A stretch of DNA of 64,000 nucleotides from Candidatus Cloacimonadota bacterium (GTDB lineage Bacteria; Cloacimonadota; Cloacimonadia; G963667145), in assembly GCA_963667255.1 (NCBI GenBank), contig OY762940.1, positions 1,312,001-1,376,000 on the forward strand. The letters are read 5' to 3'. Numbering within the stretch: position 1 is the first letter of the stretch; the number at the start of each line of letters is the position of its first letter. Shown here piece after piece: positions 10,992 through 21,274 of the stretch. The translations under genes were made by a program, and so were the position numbers. The notes under the pieces were generated by a model that had not been told where the DNA came from, did no database searches, and saw only the letters and a program-made list of their open reading frames with translations.

Positions 10992-11840
10992 CTATTCGTT
11001 GATAGCCTCAGCTCCACCCACAATATCGATGATTTCACCTGTAATGGCAGCCTGTCTCTCTCGGTTGTATTTCAAAGAAAGATTTTCTATAATCTCACTG
11101 GCGTTCTCAGTAGCGTTGTCCATAGCAGTCATTCTGGCAGCTTGCTCCGCAGCGGAAGATTCCAACAAAATCCGCCAAATCTCCACAGAGATATATTTCC
11201 GTCCAAGTTCCTCTATTATAGCCTCTTCACTCGGCTCATACAAAAAGTCTATTGTCGAGATATTCTCATCGGCAGATGGCTCTATAGGAAAGAGATTTTT
11301 AAAAATAATATCTTGTTGAATAGCGGAAACAAACTTGTTATAAATAACAGAAACATTGCTATAACCCTTGTCCAAATACAAATCCAAAACAAGTGCGGTA
11401 ATATCTTTGGCAACGGAAAAATCCATACTGTTGAACAATCCAGTAAAATTATCGTAAACCTCACAAACCTTTTTCAGAGAAGAAAGTCCGTTCTTCCCGA
11501 TACAGATAACATCGGTATTTTCGTTCTTTTTTAAGTGAAGTTTGACCCTCTTCACAATTTCAGAATTAAACGAGCCACAAAGTCCTCTGTCGGAAGTCAC
11601 AACGACCAAAGCATTTTTTGGATTGTCACTAACGAAAAAGAAAGGATGATTAGACTGAGTGTTTTTCTTCTTAACGCAAGATAACATACCACCAACCAAA
11701 TCGGCATAAGGTCTGGCATCTTCTATCGCCTCTTGAGATTTGCGAAGCTTACTGGCAGCCACCATCTTCATAGCGTTTGTTATTTGTCTAGTAGAGCGAA
11801 CACCCTCTATTCTGTTTTTTATAGCCTTCAAGTTTCCCAT
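10992..11840 (-). CDS. atpG: F1 ATP synthase gamma subunit
   Basis: QITNAMKMVAASKL, SDRGLCGSFN, EQAARMTAMDNATENA, YNRERQAAITGEI. Confidence 0.96.
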   Translation of the reverse strand: MGNLKAIKNRIEGVRSTRQITNAMKMVAASKLRKSQEAIEDARPYADLVGGMLSCVKKKNTQSNHPFFFVSDNPKNALVVVTSDRGLCGSFNSEIVKRVKLHLKKNENTDVICIGKNGLSSLKKVCEVYDNFTGLFNSMDFSVAKDITALVLDLYLDKGYSNVSVIYNKFVSAIQQDIIFKNLFPIEPSADENISTIDFLYEPSEEAIIEELGRKYISVEIWRILLESSAAEQAARMTAMDNATENASEIIENLSLKYNRERQAAITGEIIDIVGGAEAINE

Positions 11841-11850
11841 TTAAAAATCC

Positions 11851-12117
11851 TTACACTTCCTCTTTTTCTTCGTCCGCCAACAAATCGTCAGCACTGTCTT
11901 CGCAAGCCTCACATTCGCCGAAGAACTTCAAAAGAGGTCTTGCTCCGCTCAAACACATCAAAATCAAAATTTTCTTGAAACCAACTCTCCTCAAAAATGG
12001 GAAAATTTTAATCAGAAAAATCCCAAAGAAAAATCCCGCAATTTGAGCCAATTTAAAATCAAAGAAATCAAGGCGTTTGGTTCTCTCATTTAATTTATCC
12101 AAATCCCAATTATCCAT
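11851..12117 (-). CDS. Small membrane protein with acidic tail
   Basis: GGAGG RBS, two hydrophobic segments, 10 nt before atpG. Confidence 0.65.
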   Translation of the reverse strand: MDNWDLDKLNERTKRLDFFDFKLAQIAGFFFGIFLIKIFPFLRRVGFKKILILMCLSGARPLLKFFGECEACEDSADDLLADEEKEEV

Positions 12118-12239
12118 CTTACCTCCGTTTCCGATTCCTCGTTTACAAACGAATCATTTTTTAGATTTGTAACCAATTCGCTACCCGACAAATCTGCATC
12201 AAAATCAATCACACAAAGATATTGTCAAGAGTTTATTTT

Positions 12240-12968
12240 CTAAATCTGCTTATCCAAAATTTCGTCAAAAACATCTTCAAAACAGAATAAACCCTGTTTG
12301 TCTGCAATAAATTTTGCCGCTTTGAGAGCACCAAGAGCAAAACCTTTTCTATTACGAGCAGAATGCTTAATCTCCACAAAATCAGCAGGTGAATCGTAGC
12401 AAACGGAATGTGTCCCTGGAATATCTCCACATCTGACACTGGCGAAATGCAACTCATCAGGCTCAATCTTGCGATTTAAGCAATCAACAACGAGCTTTTT
12501 CTTCCGCTCAATATTCTCCAGCAAAACCTTGCCAACGCTCTTCGCAGTCCCACTCGGGCTATCAACTTTGCGATTATGATGATACTCAATCCCGCACACA
12601 TCATACTCGCAGACTTTATCAAAAATCAAGGCTGATTCACGAATTAGTTTCAAAAAAAGATTAACTCCCACGGAAAAATTCGAACCATAAATAATGTCGC
12701 CCTTGATTTTTTTCAAACCTTCCAAATCAAATCCAGTCGCTCCGACTACCGCTTTTCTTCCCCAACTGCAAACCTTTTTAGCATTATCAACCGCAGAACT
12801 ACCGAGAGCAAAATCTATGACCACCTCAGCATCTTGCAAATTTTCCTCAGTCAAGTCCACATTCAATTTGGGGTCAATTCTGGCAACGACAACACATCCG
12901 ACCTGCTCGGACAACGACTCAATCAATTGTCCCATTACACCATATCCGATAAGAGCTATTTTCAACAT
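12240..12968 (-). CDS. dapB: 4-hydroxy-tetrahydrodipicolinate reductase
   Basis: GYGVMG, NFSVGVN, EYHHNRKVDSPSGTA, FALGALKAA. Confidence 0.94.
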   Translation of the reverse strand: MLKIALIGYGVMGQLIESLSEQVGCVVVARIDPKLNVDLTEENLQDAEVVIDFALGSSAVDNAKKVCSWGRKAVVGATGFDLEGLKKIKGDIIYGSNFSVGVNLFLKLIRESALIFDKVCEYDVCGIEYHHNRKVDSPSGTAKSVGKVLLENIERKKKLVVDCLNRKIEPDELHFASVRCGDIPGTHSVCYDSPADFVEIKHSARNRKGFALGALKAAKFIADKQGLFCFEDVFDEILDKQI

Positions 12969-12989
12969 TTTCTTCTCTCCAAAATAAAT

Positions 12990-14126
12990 TTATGAAAAGT
13001 CCCGTAGAACTTCGTTGTAAACTTTCTTATTCACTTCCAAAATCTCCTCCAGACTCGGAAAATCGATTTTTTCAGATTTCTCCAGCTGTGCAGAAACAAT
13101 CTTGCAAATATCGTTGAATTTGATTTCCCTCTCCAAGAACAACATCACGGCAACCTCAGATGCACTATTCAAAACAGTCGGAGCTATTCCTCCGATTTTT
13201 CCGGCTTCCACACCTACATAATACAACGGATATCTCAGCTTATCAACTTTCTCAAAGCTCAAATTCCCGACATCAAACAAATTCGTTTTAACATCAGCGT
13301 CCAAAAATCTATGCGGATAAGTGAGTGCATACAAAACCGGCAAAACCATCGACGGCGAACTCATCTGTGCCAAAATAGAACCGTCAACATATTCCACCAT
13401 GGAGTGAACTATAGACTGCCTATGGATAATCGGCACAATATTGTCGTAATCTACGCCAAAAAGATGGTGTGCCTCTATCACCTCAAAAGCCTTATTCAGC
13501 ATCGTAGCAGAATCGACCGTGATTTTTTTGCCCATACTCCAGTTAGGATGAAGCAATGCGTCTTCCACACTTATGGAATCGAACGAATCCAAAGGTCTAT
13601 CCAAAAAAGAGCCACCCGAAGCGGTAATATACAATTTTTTTATTGCCGAATAGTCATTGCCTTGCAAAGCTTGAAAAATGGCGGAATGTTCACTATCTAC
13701 AGGAAGAAGCTTGCTTTTGGAACTCTTCAACTTCTCCTTTAGCAAATCGCCTGCCATCACCAAAGATTCTTTGTTCGCAAGTGCCAAATCGATGTCGTTA
13801 TCAACCGTGGCAATGGAATACTCAAGTCCCGCTGAACCAGAAATAGCGTTCAGCAAAATATCGATGTCGCTATCGGCAATCAGCTTTAATAAACTTTCTT
13901 TGCCATAATAAACTTCAATCTCTTGGGGAGTATCAGTCAGTTTCTCTTCAAGTCCCGTAAAGACCAACTTCTCAATCCCAAACTCCAAAGCGTAAGCAAA
14001 AAGTTTGTCACTGGATGTATGAGCGGAGGCGAAAGAGATGTTGAATTTATCGCCGTGATTTCGCATCACTGTCGCTACAGAGTCGCCAATAGAGCCACTA
14101 AATCCCAAAACAGCAATTTTCTTCAT
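12990..14126 (-). CDS. dxr: 1-deoxy-D-xylulose-5-phosphate reductoisomerase
   Basis: LANKESLV, PVDSEHSA, TASGG, HPNWSMGKKITVDSAT. Confidence 0.96.
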   Translation of the reverse strand: MKKIAVLGFSGSIGDSVATVMRNHGDKFNISFASAHTSSDKLFAYALEFGIEKLVFTGLEEKLTDTPQEIEVYYGKESLLKLIADSDIDILLNAISGSAGLEYSIATVDNDIDLALANKESLVMAGDLLKEKLKSSKSKLLPVDSEHSAIFQALQGNDYSAIKKLYITASGGSFLDRPLDSFDSISVEDALLHPNWSMGKKITVDSATMLNKAFEVIEAHHLFGVDYDNIVPIIHRQSIVHSMVEYVDGSILAQMSSPSMVLPVLYALTYPHRFLDADVKTNLFDVGNLSFEKVDKLRYPLYYVGVEAGKIGGIAPTVLNSASEVAVMLFLEREIKFNDICKIVSAQLEKSEKIDFPSLEEILEVNKKVYNEVLRDFS

Positions 14127-14569
14127 TTGAACGCCTTTACGCTTCGCTCTGTGTCTCTCTTCATATCTTTTTGTTTGATGCTCTCTCGCTTGTCATGCAA
14201 CTTCTTGCCGACAGCCAAACTAACCGTCATTTTCGCCAAACCTCTATCGTTGATGTAGATTTTTTTAGGAACAATCGTCAGACCCTTTTCCGCAATTTTC
14301 TTTTCCAACTTCCCGATTTCTTTTTTAGTAAGAAGAAGTTTCCTCTCCCTCATCGGCTCATGATTAAAAAAACTTGCCGTTAGATAAGGAGAAATATGCA
14401 GACCAGATAGCCAAATTTCGCCCTTTTTCACGAAAGCGTAAGCATCCAAAAAATTCAGTTTGCCAGCTCTTATAGCCTTGATTTCAGTCCCCAAAAGCTG
14501 TATGCCCGCTTCAAAATCTTCCAAAAAAGTGAAATTGTGATAAGCCTTTTTATTCTTAATACAAATCAT
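14123..14569 (-). CDS. smpB: SsrA-binding protein
   Basis: NKKAYHNF, EAGIQLLGTEIK, RERKLLL, GKKLHDKRE; ATG 14569 preferred. Confidence 0.95.
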   Translation of the reverse strand: MICIKNKKAYHNFTFLEDFEAGIQLLGTEIKAIRAGKLNFLDAYAFVKKGEIWLSGLHISPYLTASFFNHEPMRERKLLLTKKEIGKLEKKIAEKGLTIVPKKIYINDRGLAKMTVSLAVGKKLHDKRESIKQKDMKRDTERSVKAFK

Positions 14570-15899
14570 AGTTTTCAGAAGCAACCGGAATGTCTCTATC
14601 GTCCATCAATTTTTTGCGAGATGAAAAAATATCAAACCCCATAAAGCCGATAGACAACTTGAACTCCTGCTCATTATAACCGTTCTTCGACTTCGACCCA
14701 CGAGTAAAATATTGCAAAGCGACAGTCGCTCTGGAATTTTTTGCCTCATTCACAGGAATATCAAACCCAAGCGTAAAGCCGTTCTCAGTCAAATAGCTCC
14801 CATTAACTTTGAACGGAAACTCCTTGCGATAATATCCAACCCTCAAAGGAATATTCCAATACCAAGGGTCTATGTCCATATCATAAGCAAGTCCAATTCC
14901 GAAATTGAAAGTGTTGTGCATATCCACGCCCGAAAAGTAAGAACTGTTCTCCCATATTTGATAATCCGCATCAACGCTTAGTTTCCATAACTCGTTGAAC
15001 TTATAGGTAAATCCAGTGCCGAAAATCTGAGGTAATTTTATCTCTTTGCTCGCTTTCCCTGTCTGAATAGTGCTATCCTTCAAAGTGTAAGTGGAATCGT
15101 AGGAAGTATAAGCAGCACCGGCGACAGCAGTCCCACTTCTTTTGTATTTATACACTGTGAAAATGGACGAAGTGTTGCTAAAAACATTATCCCCACTTAA
15201 TTCAATGGATGGAATATAATAAAATCCCAAAGCCAAATTCTCAAATTGCTTGGAAACCCCTATAGAATAGCTGAAAACATTCACATCAAAATCTTCCGAA
15301 ACTTTGAAGGTGGAATCATATTTTGTCGTAGAATTAGAGCTATCAACAAAAGAAAATTTGCCCGCATAGGTTGTAGCAACATCATTTTGGGCAGAACCAA
15401 CATAGTAGTTAACTCCAATTCCAATATTGAACCATGGAGTTTTGCGAGCGTAAACCAATCCTAATTTATAGAAATTGTTGAAAACATCTTCGGTAACTTT
15501 ATTAGGATTGTAATAGGAGTATTCATACTCGCTGGAATAACTGGAAGCGAAATCCAACGCAACAAAATTGTCCCCAAACGGAAAAATAATATTGCAAAAC
15601 GGAAGGTCATATTCCACTGTCTTGGACAAATTTATTTGATTTTCCCCAGTTTCGGGATATAGCCATCCAGACGAAAAACCGGTAGAAAACTGAACTTTAT
15701 TGGCGGTGACTGCCATAGACGGATTTATCAAGCTGGCATTGAACCTGAACAAGTCAGCAGAGCCTGTATAACCCATACCTGCGGAATAAAAATCTCTGCC
15801 CAGATTTTGATTTAAAAATCCCGACTTGCCAAATGCGGACGACGCAAATACACAGCCACAACTAAACAACAACAAAACTGTAAAAAATATTTTTTTCAT
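14556..15899 (-). CDS. Putative outer-membrane beta-barrel (FadL/OmpP1-like)
   Basis: Signal peptide, AGMGYTG...NPS plug-like segment, amphipathic aromatic strands, LRVGY. Confidence 0.6.
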   Translation of the reverse strand: MKKIFFTVLLLFSCGCVFASSAFGKSGFLNQNLGRDFYSAGMGYTGSADLFRFNASLINPSMAVTANKVQFSTGFSSGWLYPETGENQINLSKTVEYDLPFCNIIFPFGDNFVALDFASSYSSEYEYSYYNPNKVTEDVFNNFYKLGLVYARKTPWFNIGIGVNYYVGSAQNDVATTYAGKFSFVDSSNSTTKYDSTFKVSEDFDVNVFSYSIGVSKQFENLALGFYYIPSIELSGDNVFSNTSSIFTVYKYKRSGTAVAGAAYTSYDSTYTLKDSTIQTGKASKEIKLPQIFGTGFTYKFNELWKLSVDADYQIWENSSYFSGVDMHNTFNFGIGLAYDMDIDPWYWNIPLRVGYYRKEFPFKVNGSYLTENGFTLGFDIPVNEAKNSRATVALQYFTRGSKSKNGYNEQEFKLSIGFMGFDIFSSRKKLMDDRDIPVASENYDLY

Positions 15900-15973
15900 T
15901 CTCTCTATCAACCTAAAATCATTTTAAAAAACTATCCTTTGAGGAGAGCCAAGTTTGTCAAATAATACCAAGC

Positions 15974-15998
15974 AAAAAGTCGCAGATTTCTGCGACTT
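15974..15998 (-). terminator. Intrinsic terminator
   Basis: AAGTCGCAG/CTGCGACTT perfect stem with U-tract. Confidence 0.75.
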
Positions 15999-16034
15999 CA
16001 AAAAAACATACAGACAAAACACCAATCGAAAGAT

Positions 16035-16313
16035 TTATTTATCTTCTTTTATCTCTATCACCTTAACTATCGGATCCAAAAATTTTTCGTCAGTTTCGCT
16101 ATACACCAACTCAACTCTTCTGCCTTGCAACGGCAACATAGCCTCTCTATCACCTTCCAATCTAAACTTTTGCCCGTCATCATTATAAAACAAAAAGTAA
16201 GTAAAAGGTTCGTTCCCAGTAAGAATCAACTTCCCTTTGGCTGTTTTGTTAGTGCTCATAGCCATCAGAAAAAAAGCGAATACCAAAATAAAAATTTTAA
16301 CAAAATTTTTCAT
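16035..16313 (-). CDS. Small exported hypothetical protein
   Basis: Signal peptide, GNEPFT, AGGAG RBS, 7 nt after the M30 gene. Confidence 0.65.
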   Translation of the reverse strand: MKNFVKIFILVFAFFLMAMSTNKTAKGKLILTGNEPFTYFLFYNDDGQKFRLEGDREAMLPLQGRRVELVYSETDEKFLDPIVKVIEIKEDK

Positions 16314-16320
16314 AACTCCT

Positions 16321-18006
16321 CTATTTCGCCACTACGGTTAATTCCAAATCAGTGCTATTCATAACAATATTTATCGTATAAGTGCCAACGGCTAAATTAT
16401 CAGCGACCTTATAATAAACATTGGCTTTAGTATTAACATTTTGCATATTACCTAAAGTATAGATTTGTGGAGTTCCTTGAGTAAAAGCGTTAATCTCTAC
16501 TAAATTATAGGTAACTCCATTCAATGTGCTACTCACATCAGCATTATAAGCGAAAACTCCGCTACTTAAACTCTTATTTGAGAGTAAATAAGCTGCTCCC
16601 CAATTCCGTTGTAAAGTAGAAAAACTAACTCCTGTAGCAGACTCTACAGCATTAATATTCGTCTTTCCTGATGAATAAATTCCCTTAACAAAATTCGCTC
16701 CATCATAATGCCTAAGCAGATAAGAACCAAATCCGTAATTCATAGCATAATATGGCAAAGAAGCATTACCGTCTGCCCACTTACACAACGAATAATAATT
16801 GCAAGCATTTAATCCTGTCGTTCCACTAAATCTCTCATAGTAAGGAGAAGACAAATAACTGCCAAACATTTTATAAGCAACCAAATCTTCTATGCTCATA
16901 GACATCATCTCATTAATCCAAGTGTCGTGAGAAAGATTTTTTAAAACATTTTGTTGATAATAAAAAATCATATGTTGAAATTCGTGAGCAAGTGTAGAAA
17001 AAATAATTTTAGGTAATTCTGCTGTGCTACTCCAAGTTGTTCCTCCATTTGCATAAATTAAAGCATCTACACAAAACATTATCATTTGATTGCTATTTTG
17101 AACACTAGAGCTATAAGTTTTGAAGAAATTGTTTCCAGACCAAAAATAACCAAGCGTGCCACCTGTAGTATAATTATCGTTCCCAACATCGCAAAGGAGA
17201 ATATTTATCGGTTGGGAGCTACTTATTAAAGCCGAACTATAATTATGTGAACCCCATTCTGCACCACAAATATTGGTGACCCAATCATAAATATCGTTAT
17301 TTGAACCGCTTTTTAAAAAACCTTCTGCCATAGCATCTACCATAGTTTGAGTAATTAACTTGGACTTCGTTCCCCCAACTGTCCAACAATCATTAGCAAC
17401 CCAAATATTTAAAGTTTTACTATCTACAGTTACTACTTTTCTACAAGTTGCGGCAACTGTCCGCTCTGTAGCTGCTTCATAAAAATTATAAGTATCTCCT
17501 ATGTTAACAGATGCCTGCACTGAAGATTTCAACAAATTATTGTTTGACCTTTCGATTAATTTAGGAGGCTTAGGAAGATTTGGCTCAGTAAAATTATATT
17601 TACTTACTTGCGACCTCAAAATAGAACTTGAAACATTGGAGCTAAAAGTAACATTACTACTGCTCACAGAATAACTACTACTGCTAACTGTGGACGAACT
17701 ACCAGTATTGCTAAAAATAAAATAAATTGATTTGGGGGTAGTTACATTTAAGGTTAGGTTAATTTTTTTATAGCAACTTCCTTTGGTAAACAGATAAGCA
17801 TTATCCTCACTTATGCCTATTGTAGTATCAGTAGTAGGAGTAGTAGGAGTAGTAGGAGTAGTAGGAGTAGTAGGAGTAGTAGGAGTAGTAGGAGTAGGCG
17901 AAGAATTATTGTCGTCATCATTACCTAAAAGTTCATCCAAATTACACCCAGAAAAGATCCCCACTATAACCAAAAATAATAATAATCTTAAAATAAAATT
18001 TTTCAT
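16321..18006 (-). CDS. Lipoprotein zinc metallopeptidase, M30-like, with Pro/Thr linker
   Basis: Lipobox FSG-C; STLAHEFQHMI and WINEMMS. Confidence 0.75.
   Translation of the reverse strand: MKNFILRLLLFLVIVGIFSGCNLDELLGNDDDNNSSPTPTTPTTPTTPTTPTTPTTPTTDTTIGISEDNAYLFTKGSCYKKINLTLNVTTPKSIYFIFSNTGSSSTVSSSSYSVSSSNVTFSSNVSSSILRSQVSKYNFTEPNLPKPPKLIERSNNNLLKSSVQASVNIGDTYNFYEAATERTVAATCRKVVTVDSKTLNIWVANDCWTVGGTKSKLITQTMVDAMAEGFLKSGSNNDIYDWVTNICGAEWGSHNYSSALISSSQPINILLCDVGNDNYTTGGTLGYFWSGNNFFKTYSSSVQNSNQMIMFCVDALIYANGGTTWSSTAELPKIIFSTLAHEFQHMIFYYQQNVLKNLSHDTWINEMMSMSIEDLVAYKMFGSYLSSPYYERFSGTTGLNACNYYSLCKWADGNASLPYYAMNYGFGSYLLRHYDGANFVKGIYSSGKTNINAVESATGVSFSTLQRNWGAAYLLSNKSLSSGVFAYNADVSSTLNGVTYNLVEINAFTQGTPQIYTLGNMQNVNTKANVYYKVADNLAVGTYTINIVMNSTDLELTVVAK
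17831..17893. repeat. In-frame tandem repeat (GTAGTAGGA)x7 encoding (PTT)7
   Basis: Seven identical 9-mers read directly. Confidence 0.95.
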
Positions 18007-18188
18007 TTATTCTCCTTATTTTAAAAATAGTTGCCTCAAATATAATTTTAAGAATTTTGTGTCAAACTATTTGATTAACTATATGTTAGAAAATAATTTC
18101 TTTTAACTAAATTACAAAACTATGTTTGCAAACTTATTATTCTATGAAATTTCCCAATGATCGCCTTTCAATGCACCTTACACAAAAT

Positions 18189-18217
18189 AGAAAACAAATC
18201 TCTGCCTTTTGTTTTCT
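18189..18217. terminator. Hairpin after TPR gene, probable terminator
   Basis: AGAAAACAAA/TTTGTTTTCT inverted repeat. Confidence 0.45.
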
Positions 18218-18254
18218 GGTTTCATTGTAAGATTTATCTACAAAACACATAGTA

Positions 18255-18674
18255 TTAAAATTTGGGAGTATATCCATTTAATTTACTTTTATAAAAATCC
18301 GCCTTCTCTTGGTCTCCGGCTTTTTGGTAGATTTCAGCCAACAAAAGAAAAGCATCATCTCTTTTTGCGGTAAAATTTTGAACATAAAAATCTAAATATT
18401 TCACAGCCTTATCAGCATTATAATTTGCAAAAGACGATTTACCGGTTACAAAAATAGCATTTTCAAGTTTATTTTCGTTTGGAAATTCTTCCAAATCGCT
18501 AAACTTGCTCTTCATCTTTTGTAACACACTGTAAGCCTGCAAGTAATTGTCATCAACAATAAATCTTTCATACTGTTTCTTATAAAAACTCTTTTGCTTT
18601 TCTTCGTCAGTTTCCTCGGCAAATAAAAACGAAAATAACATAACCAACACGATTAAAAAACTAAATTTTTTCAT
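18255..18674 (-). CDS. Exported TPR-like protein
   Basis: Signal peptide, helical AFLLLAEIYQKAGDQEKA. Confidence 0.65.
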   Translation of the reverse strand: MKKFSFLIVLVMLFSFLFAEETDEEKQKSFYKKQYERFIVDDNYLQAYSVLQKMKSKFSDLEEFPNENKLENAIFVTGKSSFANYNADKAVKYLDFYVQNFTAKRDDAFLLLAEIYQKAGDQEKADFYKSKLNGYTPKF

Positions 18675-19770
18675 AATCTCTCTTAAATTTAATCACTCCG
18701 CTAACTATAGCATCCACGAACTTGCTCTGATAACTCGCAGAATTTAACTGCTTCTCCTGTGTAGCATTGGATATAAATCCCAGCTCTATCAATATCGCCG
18801 GCATAAAAGCACCTTTCAGCACATAAAAAGGACCTTGCTTTACACCTCTATCACTAAATCCTGTCTTCTTGACCATCTCATTCTGCACACAATGAGCCAA
18901 ATCGTTACTCGCCAGCAGATGCTCCGAGAGAGTCATATCTTTCAGCACAAAATCCAAAGCATCATAATGAGACTGTGCCGAAACACCCTCATACTTGCTT
19001 ACAACGGAGTTCTCGGTCTCTATAGCCTCCTGCACCCTTTCGTCAGTAACCTTTGATGTGGAGAGGATGAAAACCTCCGTTCCCTTTCGATTGGAATACT
19101 TCGAAGCGTTACAATGTATGGAGATAAACAAATCGGCTTTATTATCGTTGGCAAGTTGTGCCCGTTTGCGAAGAGCGATAAACTCATCAGTATTGCGAGT
19201 AAGCAGAACATTTATTCCGTTCTCCGCCAAAGCTCTCGCCACTTTTTGTGATATCTGCAAAGTCAAATTCTTCTCATACGACCTTTTCCCCACTGCCCCA
19301 GGGTCTTTGCCACCGTGTCCTGCATCTATCACCACCAAATCTATCCTCGAAGATTGGAAAGTTCGTGCTGCAACAGTGATTTCGTTCATCTTCTCATTAT
19401 ATGTAAATTGCGAATCAAACTTCGGTAAAATCACGGAGAGCGTGGTCACAGGCAAATAGTATTTTCCCCCTATCACTCGCAAGGGATAAGAAAAATTGTA
19501 GATATCTCCCTCAAAAATCACATAGCTTGCACTTATCAAAAAAACCAGTTTCTTATTGTTGTGAGTCAGCGACAGATTGTTTTCCAAGATGTTTTCGTCT
19601 ATTTGCACATCAAACAGCTTTTTCAACTCATACGCATTGTAGTAATCAACATCTCCAACTTTTTTGGTGTTGAAAACTTCTCCCTGCGAAGAGTTGGAAT
19701 ACACAACCTTAATCGCCGACAGATTAAACATACAGGCTAAAAAACAAAAAAACAGAACAATTTTTTTCAT
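18661..19770 (-). CDS. N-acetylmuramoyl-L-alanine amidase (Amidase_3)
   Basis: IDAGHGGKDPGA, EK, ISIHCNA, ILIELGFISN. Confidence 0.93.
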   Translation of the reverse strand: MKKIVLFFCFLACMFNLSAIKVVYSNSSQGEVFNTKKVGDVDYYNAYELKKLFDVQIDENILENNLSLTHNNKKLVFLISASYVIFEGDIYNFSYPLRVIGGKYYLPVTTLSVILPKFDSQFTYNEKMNEITVAARTFQSSRIDLVVIDAGHGGKDPGAVGKRSYEKNLTLQISQKVARALAENGINVLLTRNTDEFIALRKRAQLANDNKADLFISIHCNASKYSNRKGTEVFILSTSKVTDERVQEAIETENSVVSKYEGVSAQSHYDALDFVLKDMTLSEHLLASNDLAHCVQNEMVKKTGFSDRGVKQGPFYVLKGAFMPAILIELGFISNATQEKQLNSASYQSKFVDAIVSGVIKFKRDYEKI

Positions 19771-19783
19771 AACTATTTATTTA

Positions 19784-21274
19784 TTACCTCATCTGCGGAA
19801 AGAGCATAACATCTCTGATAGCATCATTTTCCGTGAGCAACATAATGAGCCTGTCCAAACCAATTCCCAATCCACCTGCAGGAGGCATTCCGTATTCCAA
19901 AGCCTCCAAAAAATCGTAATCCACAACATTTGCCTCATCATCACCCATCTCTCTTTTTTTGGCTTGGTCATGCAATCTTTCGGACTGCTCCAGTGGGTCG
20001 TTCAGTTCGGAAAAAGCGTTCGCAAACTCCTTTCCTCCAATGAAAAGTTCAAACCTATCCGTAAGCCTTTTGTCGTCGTCTTTCTCTTTTGCCAAAGGAG
20101 AAATCTCTTTCGGATAATCCACCACGAAAGTCGGTTGAACCAACTTTTCCTCGACAAAAGCATCAAATATCTCAGCCAGCAAAGCTCCTGCTCCCTTGGA
20201 TTTATCAATTTCGATGTTATTTTTCTTGCAAAAAGCAGACAATTTTTCATAATCAAAAGCGGAAAAATCCTCTCCCGTTTTTTCTCGCACCAACTCCAAC
20301 ATAGTAGCTTTTCTAAAAGGAGATGCCACTTTGATATCGTTCCCATTAAAATGAAACTCGCTCTTGCCCATCACTTCCTTAGCAGTCCGCACTATCACCT
20401 CTTCGGTAATCTCCATCATTCCCTGCAAATCGGTGTATGCCTGATAAAGCTCCATGCAAGTAAACTCCGGATTGTGAGTCCGGTCAACACCTTCGTTTCT
20501 AAAATTTTTCCCAATCTCATACACCTTCTCATATCCACCGACAATAAGTCTTTTCAGATACAATTCTGTCGCAATTCTCAAGAAAAAATCTTTTCCCAGC
20601 GAGTTGTAAAAAGTCGTGAAAGGTTTGGCATTAGCTCCGCCATACAGAGGTTGCATTACCGGCGTGTCCACCTCCAAGAAACCTTTACTATCCAAAATCT
20701 CACGAATTTTTTTAATAATCTCAGCTCTTTTTACGAAAGTCGCTTTCACGGAAGGGTTCAAAATCAAATCCAAATATCTCTTGCGGTATCTGAGTTCCGT
20801 GTCAGAAAATTCGTCAAATTTGACCAATTTCCCCTCAACCTCTTTCTGCTTCACAGTCGGCAAAGGTCTTATCCCCTTGCACAACATCGTCACTTTGTTC
20901 GCTTTCAGAGAGAACTGTCCCGTCTGGGTCACGAAAGCAATCCCTTGCACCTGAACAATATCGCCAAGGTCAAAAAGTTTGAAAACTTCGTAATTCTCGT
21001 CTCCGGTCTCCTGCTTGCTCACATAAACCTGCATCCTACCCGTAGCATCTTCCAAATCCGCAAATCCAATCTTCCCCTGACGACGCATCGCCCTCAATCT
21101 GCCACACAATATCACCTCTTGCGAAGAGCTGACAAATCCATCCTCATCGCCCAACAAATCCGCTATGTTATTGGTTCGCTGATTTTTCACAGGATACGGA
21201 TTTACACCCAACTCCTTCAATTTCTGTAACTTCTGCTTTTTCAAACCTATCAACTGCTTATCTTCTTGCATCAT
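19784..21274 (-). CDS. lysS: Lysine--tRNA ligase, class II
   Basis: RYRKRYLDL, GGANAKPF, LRIATELYLKRL, FRNEG, YGMPPAGGLGIGLDR. Confidence 0.97.
   Translation of the reverse strand: MMQEDKQLIGLKKQKLQKLKELGVNPYPVKNQRTNNIADLLGDEDGFVSSSQEVILCGRLRAMRRQGKIGFADLEDATGRMQVYVSKQETGDENYEVFKLFDLGDIVQVQGIAFVTQTGQFSLKANKVTMLCKGIRPLPTVKQKEVEGKLVKFDEFSDTELRYRKRYLDLILNPSVKATFVKRAEIIKKIREILDSKGFLEVDTPVMQPLYGGANAKPFTTFYNSLGKDFFLRIATELYLKRLIVGGYEKVYEIGKNFRNEGVDRTHNPEFTCMELYQAYTDLQGMMEITEEVIVRTAKEVMGKSEFHFNGNDIKVASPFRKATMLELVREKTGEDFSAFDYEKLSAFCKKNNIEIDKSKGAGALLAEIFDAFVEEKLVQPTFVVDYPKEISPLAKEKDDDKRLTDRFELFIGGKEFANAFSELNDPLEQSERLHDQAKKREMGDDEANVVDYDFLEALEYGMPPAGGLGIGLDRLIMLLTENDAIRDVMLFPQMR

Noticed and set aside
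17813..18106. (GVV)n ORF or CRISPR-like repeat
   Set aside because: Reverse reading of the PTT linker; no spacers and no cas genes.
19664..21229. 521-aa plus-strand ORF, and similar long ones such as 30829-32070 and 46796-48391
   Set aside because: Antisense to well-conserved genes and without recognisable motifs.
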